Source: a virus. From it: a DNA stretch of 30,503 nt. Under the pieces are notes generated by a model. It did not search any database. It had not been told where the DNA came from and worked only from the letters and a program-made list of their open reading frames with translations. The stretch lies in UHGV virus genome UHGV-0123901; one strand, written 5' to 3'. Of this stretch, positions 17,577 to 24,585 are shown piece after piece. Both the position numbers and the translations under genes were made by a program. How positions within the stretch are numbered: position 1 is the first letter of the stretch; each line of letters begins with the position of its first letter.

Positions 17577-18431
17577 TCAGCAGTTCGTCATCAGGGCGTC
17601 ACCGCCACCACCGGTGGCCTTGCTGCGGCGCTGCTGGGTCAGACTTTCGGTGTGGTCGAGACTGTTTTTCAGGCGGGTGAATGCCTGGCTGGTTTCATCC
17701 GCCCTGTCAGTCACATCCTGCTTAAGTGCGGAAAAAGCGGTTTCCATCTCAGCGAGGCGCTGCTCAGTGGCGCTCAGTTTTTCCTGCACATGTTCAGCAA
17801 CAGCGGTCACCGCTTCATGCACGTCATTCAGACGGGCGTCATCGCTGGCCTGTTTGCGGCCAAAAATGGACTTCACCTTTTCGGTCAGGGCGGTGAACAC
17901 GGTTTCAGGCAGGTCTTCAAATTCCAGCTCAACGGGCGTTGCCACTGAAATCAGGTTTTCAGGGCTTAATTTGAAGCGGTTCAGGGGGTTGTGTTTTGCC
18001 GTGCGGCAGAATTCCAGGTATTCCGTGCCGAGGCTTGCCGGGTCATCGGTGACGGCCAGACCCACCAGATAACATTTGCCGGTATTGGCAAAGTTCGGCT
18101 GAATTTCCATTGAGGTATAGACCTTCTGCGCGGCCTTGTTCATCGCGATAAGGTCATCGGTCGGGGTGATTTTCGCAAACAGCGCCCATTTGCCTTTCAG
18201 CGCCGAATCATCGTCAATCTTTTCGGCCTTCAGTTCGGCCACATCGCCATAACGCTTAAAAATACCGTCAGGCAGGATGCCGCGCAGATGTTCCAGGTTA
18301 ATGCGGCAACCATAGACTCGCGGGTCAAAGGTTTCGGCCATTTCCTGAATATCCTGCGCACTGATGACACGCCCGTCACAGGTGTCACCCTCTACGCCGA
18401 TACGAAAGAATTTTGAGACTTTTTTTGCCAT
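17577..18431 (-). CDS. O: capsid scaffolding protein (P2 gpO-like)
   Basis: 284-aa product starting MAKKVSKFFRIGVEG (internal start of the 306-aa ORF); divergent from P. Confidence 0.85.
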   Translation of the reverse strand: MAKKVSKFFRIGVEGDTCDGRVISAQDIQEMAETFDPRVYGCRINLEHLRGILPDGIFKRYGDVAELKAEKIDDDSALKGKWALFAKITPTDDLIAMNKAAQKVYTSMEIQPNFANTGKCYLVGLAVTDDPASLGTEYLEFCRTAKHNPLNRFKLSPENLISVATPVELEFEDLPETVFTALTEKVKSIFGRKQASDDARLNDVHEAVTAVAEHVQEKLSATEQRLAEMETAFSALKQDVTDRADETSQAFTRLKNSLDHTESLTQQRRSKATGGGGDALMTNC

Positions 18432-18604
18432 TGTCAGGAGTCCTGAATAGTGATTAGAGGAGTCACATGTCGGCATCAGTTTCCCGACGATGCGCATCCT
18501 CCGCCATCAGTCCCGGATGGCTTATCACTGACACAACAGCACCTTAGCGAATCGCGGGACGCGACTCAGTAGCCTTGCCGTGTATTCATCACGGCGAGGT
18601 ATTC

Positions 18605-20377
18605 ATGACCATCACCACAGACACCACTCTTTTACACGACCCGCGTCGTCAGGCGGCGCTGCTGTACTGGCAGGGGTTTTCCGTGCCGCAGATTGCCGCC
18701 ATGTTGCAGATGAAACGCCCGACGGTGCAGAGCTGGAAACAGCGCGACGGCTGGGACAGCGTTGCCCCCATCAGCCGTGTCGAAATGAGTCTGGAAGCGC
18801 GGCTGACCCAGCTCATCATCAAACCGCAGAAAACCGGCGGTGACTTCAAGGAAATTGACCTGCTCGGACGCCAGATTGAACGACTGGCACGGGTCAACCG
18901 TTACAGTCAGACCGGCAACGAGGCAGACCTTAATCCGAACGTCGCTAACCGCAACAAAGGCGGGCGTCGCAAACCGAAAAAGAATTTTTTCAGTGACGAG
19001 GCCATCGAAAAGCTGGAGCAGATTTTCTTTGAGCAGTCTTTCGAATATCAGTTGCACTGGTATCGCGCCGGGCTTGAGCACCGCATCCGCGATATCCTGA
19101 AATCCCGCCAGATTGGCGCAACGTTTTATTTTTCCCGCGAGGCGCTGCTGCGCGCCCTGAAAACCGGTCATAACCAGATTTTTCTGTCGGCCAGTAAAAC
19201 GCAGGCGTATGTGTTCCGCGAATACATCATCGCCTTTGCCCGGCTGGTTGACGTTGACCTGACCGGTGACCCGATTGTCCTGGGCAATAACGGCGCAAAA
19301 CTGATTTTTCTCGGCACCAACTCCAACACCGCACAGAGCCATAACGGTGACCTGTACGTCGACGAGTTTTTCTGGATCCCGAATTTTCAGGTACTGCGTA
19401 AGGTGGCATCAGGTATGGCCTCACAGAGTCACCTGCGCTCGACCTATTTCTCCACCCCGTCCACGCTGGCGCACGACGCCTATCCGTTCTGGTCGGGTGA
19501 ACTGTTCAACCGGGGACGCGCCAGCGCCGCCGAACGCGTGGAAATCGACGTCAGTCATAACGCCCTTGCCGGTGGGCTTCTCTGTGCGGACGGCCAGTGG
19601 CGGCAGATTGTCACCATTGAGGACGCCCTGAAAGGTGGCTGCACGCTGTTCGACATTGAGCAGCTTAAACGCGAAAACAGCGCCGACGATTTTAAAAACC
19701 TGTTCATGTGTGAATTTGTTGACGACAAGGCGTCGGTATTCCCGTTCGAGGAGCTGCAACGCTGCATGGTCGACACGCTGGAAGAATGGGAAGACTATGC
19801 GCCGTTTGCCGCGAATCCGTTCGGCTCCCGTCCGGTCTGGATTGGTTACGACCCGTCACACCGTGGCGACAGCGCCGGATGCGTGGTGCTGGCACCGCCG
19901 GTGGTGGCCGGTGGCAAATTCAGAATACTTGAGCGTCACCAGTGGAAAGGCATGGACTTTGCCACTCAGGCGGAATCCATCCGCAAACTCACCGAAAAAT
20001 ACAACGTCGAATACATCGGTATTGATGCCACCGGCCTCGGTGTCGGCGTGTTCCAGCTCGTGCGCTCGTTCTATCCCGCCGCGCGCGATATCCGCTACAC
20101 GCCGGAAATGAAAACCGCAATGGTGCTCAAGGCAAAAGACGTTATCCGCCGTGGCTGTCTGGAATATGACGTCAGCGCCACCGACATCACCAGCTCGTTT
20201 ATGGCTATTCGCAAGACCATGACCAGCAGCGGACGCAGCGCCACCTATGAGGCCAGCCGCAGCGAGGAAGCCAGCCACGCCGACCTCGCCTGGGCGACCA
20301 TGCACGCCCTGTTAAATGAGCCACTCACCGCCGGTATCAGCACCCCGCTGACATCCACCATTCTGGAGTTTTACTGA
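18605..20377 (+). CDS. P: terminase large (ATPase) subunit (P2 gpP-like)
   Basis: 590-aa product starting MTITTDTTLL with a GAGG RBS upstream; its stop overlaps the Q start (TGATGA). Confidence 0.9.
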   Translation: MTITTDTTLLHDPRRQAALLYWQGFSVPQIAAMLQMKRPTVQSWKQRDGWDSVAPISRVEMSLEARLTQLIIKPQKTGGDFKEIDLLGRQIERLARVNRYSQTGNEADLNPNVANRNKGGRRKPKKNFFSDEAIEKLEQIFFEQSFEYQLHWYRAGLEHRIRDILKSRQIGATFYFSREALLRALKTGHNQIFLSASKTQAYVFREYIIAFARLVDVDLTGDPIVLGNNGAKLIFLGTNSNTAQSHNGDLYVDEFFWIPNFQVLRKVASGMASQSHLRSTYFSTPSTLAHDAYPFWSGELFNRGRASAAERVEIDVSHNALAGGLLCADGQWRQIVTIEDALKGGCTLFDIEQLKRENSADDFKNLFMCEFVDDKASVFPFEELQRCMVDTLEEWEDYAPFAANPFGSRPVWIGYDPSHRGDSAGCVVLAPPVVAGGKFRILERHQWKGMDFATQAESIRKLTEKYNVEYIGIDATGLGVGVFQLVRSFYPAARDIRYTPEMKTAMVLKAKDVIRRGCLEYDVSATDITSSFMAIRKTMTSSGRSATYEASRSEEASHADLAWATMHALLNEPLTAGISTPLTSTILEFY

Positions 20378-21411
20378 TGAGCAAGAAAAAAGGGAAAACA
20401 CCGCAACCTGCGGCAAAAAAAATGACCGCCAGCGCCCCGAAAATGGAGGCATTCACCTTTGGTGAGCCGGTGCCGGTACTCGACCGCCGTGACATTCTGG
20501 ATTACGTCGAGTGCATCAGTAATGGCAGATGGTATGAGCCACCGGTCAGCTTTACCGGTCTGGCAAAAAGCCTGCGTGCTGCCGTGCATCACAGCTCACC
20601 GATTTACGTCAAACGCAATATTCTGGCCTCGACATTTATCCCGCATCCGTGGCTTTCACAACAGGATTTCAGCCGCTTTGTGCTGGATTTTCTGGTGTTC
20701 GGTAATGCGTTTCTGGAAAAGCGTTACAGCACCACCGGTAAGGTCATCAGACTGGAAACCTCACCGGCAAAATATACCCGCCGTGGGGTGGAAGAGGATG
20801 TTTACTGGTGGGTGCCGTCCTTCAACGAACCGACAGCCTTCGCGCCCGGCTCCGTGTTTCACCTGCTGGAGCCGGATATTAATCAGGAGTTGTACGGCCT
20901 GCCGGAATATCTCAGCGCCCTTAATTCTGCCTGGCTGAATGAGTCGGCCACGCTGTTCCGCCGAAAGTATTACGAAAATGGCGCACATGCCGGATACATC
21001 ATGTACGTCACCGATGCCGTGCAGGATCGCAACGATATCGAAATGCTTCGCGAAAACATGGTGAAGTCGAAAGGCCGCAACAACTTTAAAAACCTGTTTC
21101 TCTACGCCCCACAGGGGAAAGCCGACGGCATTAAAATTATCCCGCTCAGTGAAGTGGCAACGAAGGACGATTTTTTTAATATCAAAAAAGCCAGCGCCGC
21201 TGACCTGCTTGACGCGCACCGCATCCCCTTTCAGCTGATGGGTGGCAAGCCGGAAAACGTCGGGTCGCTGGGCGATATTGAGAAAGTGGCAAAGGTCTTT
21301 GTCCGCAATGAGCTTATCCCGCTACAGGACAGGATCCGCGAGATAAACGACTGGCTCGGTCAGGAGGTCATCCGCTTTAAAAACTACTCACTGGACACTG
21401 ACAACGGCTGA
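20377..21411 (+). CDS. Q: portal protein (P2 gpQ-like)
   Basis: 344-aa ORF adjacent to cos. Confidence 0.9.
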   Translation: MSKKKGKTPQPAAKKMTASAPKMEAFTFGEPVPVLDRRDILDYVECISNGRWYEPPVSFTGLAKSLRAAVHHSSPIYVKRNILASTFIPHPWLSQQDFSRFVLDFLVFGNAFLEKRYSTTGKVIRLETSPAKYTRRGVEEDVYWWVPSFNEPTAFAPGSVFHLLEPDINQELYGLPEYLSALNSAWLNESATLFRRKYYENGAHAGYIMYVTDAVQDRNDIEMLRENMVKSKGRNNFKNLFLYAPQGKADGIKIIPLSEVATKDDFFNIKKASAADLLDAHRIPFQLMGGKPENVGSLGDIEKVAKVFVRNELIPLQDRIREINDWLGQEVIRFKNYSLDTDNG

Positions 21412-21415
21412 ACAT

Positions 21416-21439
21416 CGCCGCCTGCGGGCGGCTTTTTTA
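21416..21439 (+). terminator. intrinsic terminator downstream of Q
   Basis: GC hairpin cgccgcc-tgcg-ggcggc followed by a run of six T. Confidence 0.6.
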
Positions 21440-21580
21440 CATCCCGTCATCACGCCCTCACACGCTCACCACCGCACAAAACAGCCCGCAGGCAAACCAA
21501 CGCCTCAACGGACAGACTAAGCGCCGTCACGACGCGCTGAGACGCTGAAAAAATAAAATCAGCACCACCGCCAGCGCGCA

Positions 21581-21599
21581 GTGCTTTCCCCGCCTCGCC
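21581..21599. other. cos cohesive-end site (P2-type 19-nt)
   Basis: gtgctttccccgcctcgcc is the exact reverse complement of the P2 cohesive end GGCGAGGCGGGGAAAGCAC as I recall it; located beside Q as expected. Confidence 0.85.
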
Positions 21600-21674
21600 C
21601 GCCCGCTTCGTGGAGCGGTTTTAATGCAGTTGTATAACGACGCAGACTTCCTGACAGTTCTATCTACTCATAAC

Positions 21675-21699
21675 AAAAAAAAGCATTACAGATGAATGC
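21675..21699 (-). terminator. possible weak intrinsic terminator at the end of the cargo operon
   Basis: On the minus strand, a 5-bp stem (gcatt/aatgc) followed by a run of eight T, about 50 nt after the stop of the 266-aa gene. Confidence 0.3.
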
Positions 21700-21748
21700 A
21701 AAATCATGCAACTAATGAAGGCGTACAGGCTAGGTGAGAAAATAAATG

Positions 21749-22549
21749 CTATTTCATCAGTCCTATAAAAGCTGCTGTCATGCTACCCAATGCACCAATA
21801 GCAGCAAATAACGTTGCCCAAAACATGCTTTTTTGGCTACGAATATTCTCATTATATCGTTGTTCTTCATTATTGAAGTGATTTAACGTATTAATTGCTT
21901 TTCCGGTGGGCTTATAACCATCTCGAGTCTTTGAAATGTCCCCACTCTCTACAAGGGAATCCAGACATAAGCGAAGTTCTTTTATGAGTCGAGAATAATC
22001 ATCATGGTAGATCCATAAACGTCCTGCCACATCATTCATAATTAGAGTCTCCCTGAATGGTTTTTCCCCTTGCTGCTCTCGATAAATTCTGACAATTGCA
22101 GCCAATACCGTCATTACATCAGTTATCTCCTGCTTGCGTTGTCGATACAAATACTTCTCACGACTTAGCTTTTTATTTTGACGATCCGCTATTCTTCTAA
22201 ATCTAAGTACATTAAAATAAGATAAATCATCCAATGAGTCAAACTTCAATTCATGCGCATGATAATAATAAATTCCAGAAAAGGAATTTGATGTAAGTCG
22301 TTCTGGTTTAAGAATTGTATCAATATTGAAAGTTTTATTCTGATGACTCCACTTCTTAACCTTTATAATTCCGTTTGAATAACTATCAAAAAGATAGTCA
22401 TTACCCTCATCATCCTTAATGTAAACGGAATACATATCGTAATGAATGGCACTCTCATACATTAAACTAATTCTGCCATTTTCAGGAGTCTTCTTTGACT
22501 CAAAAACTTTCAGAAACTTTACAACATCAACTTTATTTTTATGCCTCAT
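21749..22549 (-). CDS. hypothetical protein with single C-terminal hydrophobic helix; candidate effector of the RT module
   Basis: 266-aa ORF in AT-rich cargo DNA, 165 bp downstream of the RT gene on the same strand; C-terminus MFWATLFAAIGALGSMTAAFIGLMK; no domain recognised by eye. Confidence 0.6.
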   Translation of the reverse strand: MRHKNKVDVVKFLKVFESKKTPENGRISLMYESAIHYDMYSVYIKDDEGNDYLFDSYSNGIIKVKKWSHQNKTFNIDTILKPERLTSNSFSGIYYYHAHELKFDSLDDLSYFNVLRFRRIADRQNKKLSREKYLYRQRKQEITDVMTVLAAIVRIYREQQGEKPFRETLIMNDVAGRLWIYHDDYSRLIKELRLCLDSLVESGDISKTRDGYKPTGKAINTLNHFNNEEQRYNENIRSQKSMFWATLFAAIGALGSMTAAFIGLMK

Positions 22550-22714
22550 ACATTCAGCCTTGACTGTAAACCACCATATTAAATGATTGCACTAACGACT
22601 CGTACTACTTATTGTTCAACCCAGTCAGAACTGAAAGCAAACTTTTGCACTAACTGGGTTGCCATCATAATATATCGATACTAATAAAATCCGATATTAT
22701 TATATTTTAGTGTA

Positions 22715-23665
22715 TTAAACCGATGTATTTGCTTTCAACGTCAATACTTTCGATCTATAACGTTTTTCAATAACCCCCATTGAATATAAACGACCAAATA
22801 ATTTCTTTGCTGTTCTTGTATCTTTAGCTTGTTCTACATCTTTTATTATTTTCCAAAGCTCTATTTCTCTAGCCATAAGATAATGCTGTTCGTTCCTAAC
22901 CTTTAAGCTATCCCCAAATACTATAACTCCTGTCACTAGTTTAGGCTTATCCCCAGCATATAATTTCGTTTTAGTTGGATGCATAGCGTGTCCATGCTTA
23001 TTAATAATCTTACGAATCACGCTGCAAAACAATCGATTTACATTATCTCCAGAAAAAGTAAGATCATCGACATAAACTGTCATTTTCACACGAAACTTCT
23101 CACAAAGTTGATTCATTTCATCAAACATTCTGGAATTTGCAAAATATGCTAATGGCATACTAATCCGACTACCCGTTGGCAATCGTTCATGACAGGTACA
23201 TATATGAGATAAAATATCAGCCACATCTGGCGACATTTTCATTATTGAGAAAAAGAAAGAAAATATCATTTCTCTTGTTGTTGACGGAAAAAAAGATCTA
23301 ATATCTGTAGTCATCAACTTCTGATGATTGAGATGTGCTTTAGCATTTGTTATGTTAGAGCAACTTTTTTTACCAGAGTGTAAATATTCGGGCATAGCTA
23401 TACGCAATAATAAACTCGCAATACGTGTATGCACTACATCTAATTTTTCTAAAGGCTTTTGTATTTTCCGTATTTTATTTTTTTTAGAAAGCTGTTCAAA
23501 AATAGAGTAATTACCCTCATCCCTTTTCAAAACTGATAGGTCATTGATACTAACGCAGAGCAAGCTAGCCAACTTTTTTTTACTTTTAAGTTTATAAAGT
23601 GGCGAATCCGTAATAGGATAAGATTTATTTTTAGTTGAAACCTTCAGCTTAATCCTTTTTTTCAT
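22715..23665 (-). CDS. reverse transcriptase, retron-type
   Basis: 316-aa ORF with NAKAH...DIRSFFPS (NAxxH and finger motifs), LPTGSRISMPLAYFAN (motif B-like), VYVDDLTFSG (YxDD catalytic motif C) and KLVTGVIVFG (the VTG triplet typical of retron RTs). Confidence 0.85.
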   Translation of the reverse strand: MKKRIKLKVSTKNKSYPITDSPLYKLKSKKKLASLLCVSINDLSVLKRDEGNYSIFEQLSKKNKIRKIQKPLEKLDVVHTRIASLLLRIAMPEYLHSGKKSCSNITNAKAHLNHQKLMTTDIRSFFPSTTREMIFSFFFSIMKMSPDVADILSHICTCHERLPTGSRISMPLAYFANSRMFDEMNQLCEKFRVKMTVYVDDLTFSGDNVNRLFCSVIRKIINKHGHAMHPTKTKLYAGDKPKLVTGVIVFGDSLKVRNEQHYLMAREIELWKIIKDVEQAKDTRTAKKLFGRLYSMGVIEKRYRSKVLTLKANTSV

Positions 23666-23963
23666 TTCTTTTACTTACCCACTCTAGTATATCCAGAACT
23701 TTCCCTGCCAGTTTTAAACGTAAACTTTTGGATAATCGTCCTTGTGTCCCTAATGATTCTGAAAAAAAGACCAAAGAGGATACTGGCATGTCGAAATGGG
23801 AAGCATAACGCTGTAAAATATCAATCGACGGCACCCATAGTCCGCTTTCAATCTCTACTATTCTGCTTTTTGGAATACCTAAAGATGATGATAAGTCAAC
23901 TATTGATTCTTTATGGTATTGCCTTATTAAACGAAGGGCTTTATGCAACATAGGCAACTCCAT
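23649..23963 (-). CDS. XRE-family helix-turn-helix protein, translationally coupled to the RT gene
   Basis: 104-aa ORF with HTH signature SIVDLSSSLGIPKSRIVEIESG; its stop overlaps the RT start by 17 nt. Confidence 0.6.
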   Translation of the reverse strand: MELPMLHKALRLIRQYHKESIVDLSSSLGIPKSRIVEIESGLWVPSIDILQRYASHFDMPVSSLVFFSESLGTQGRLSKSLRLKLAGKVLDILEWVSKRNEKKD

Positions 23964-23987
23964 CTTGTTGAAACTAGGGAGGACGCA

Positions 23988-24143
23988 TTACTCATCTCCC
24001 CCTTCAAAGAAGTCAACTGCGCGAGTGATCCAATAAAGTAGTCTAATAAGCCACTTAATTACACCCCAAGCGTTAGGAGTCTTCTTTTTCCGGTTTAACT
24101 TGTTTTGCGCCTGCTGTTCGTTGGTTACTTTATCATTTTTCAT
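23988..24143 (-). CDS. small hypothetical protein (51 aa) with hydrophobic segment; may instead be non-coding
   Basis: AAGGAG RBS 6 nt before the ATG (MKNDKVTNEQ...), hydrophobic AWGVIKWLIRLLYWITRAV; a longer 97-aa upstream extension seems less likely. Confidence 0.3.
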   Translation of the reverse strand: MKNDKVTNEQQAQNKLNRKKKTPNAWGVIKWLIRLLYWITRAVDFFEGGDE

Positions 24144-24245
24144 GATCTGCTCCTTATGTCCACGGTGTGCAAACGATATGTCTGCTCCAGCACCATGGCT
24201 CGCCCTCATAAGGATGAGATTGAACAGCACCAGCTCCCTGCTCCA

Positions 24246-24272
24246 CGAACCCTTTGTCGCCCAAAGGGTTCG
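24246..24272. repeat. perfect 11-bp stem hairpin (cgaaccctttg / caaagggttcg, 5-nt loop)
   Basis: Read directly; not followed by a T-run on either strand, so not an obvious terminator. Confidence 0.5.
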
Positions 24273-24585
24273 AATACCCATACGCTATGCCGCGTGAATC
24301 AGAGACTCCTGTCGCTGACAGAGGCGTTGCGCGGGGTAAATGTTAGAAAGCATTAGCTTTCCACGGGCAATAAATACCCAATTGATGGCGATTTATCTCA
24401 CTAACTAACCAATGATTGAATCATACCAAGTAAACCGTTGTATTTGATCTCTCCTTATATAATTTTTTGTTATTAAACAACATAAATGAATAACAAAATG
24501 AAATAAAACTAATCTTCATCCGTCTCATCACAAGAAATATCAACAAATCAAGAATATCGTTTGATTATCTAGTCTTTCCAATTCA

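Noticed and set aside
18432-18604. Ogr-dependent late promoters (TGT-N12-ACA dyad) in the divergent O/P intergenic region and upstream of V
   Set aside because: I looked for the dyad by eye and found no exact match, so I do not annotate promoters there. They are expected by position only.
22715-23665. Alternative reading of the RT as an Abi-P2/AbiK-type or group II intron RT
   Set aside because: Abi-type RTs as I recall them are considerably larger and lack the NAxxH/VTG combination. No intron RNA domain or maturase/endonuclease extension is evident. Retron-type is the better fit but remains unconfirmed without a profile search.
23988-24281. 97-aa extended version of the small ORF upstream of the HTH gene
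   Set aside because: The extension runs through the perfect hairpin at 24246-24272 and lacks an RBS, whereas the internal ATG at 24143 has a strong AAGGAG RBS. Even the short form is uncertain.
24100-24356. Plus-strand ORFs of 65 and 83 aa in the leader region of the cargo operon
   Set aside because: They overlap the hairpin and repeat-rich leader, have no RBS and oppose the direction of all flanking genes; probably non-coding.
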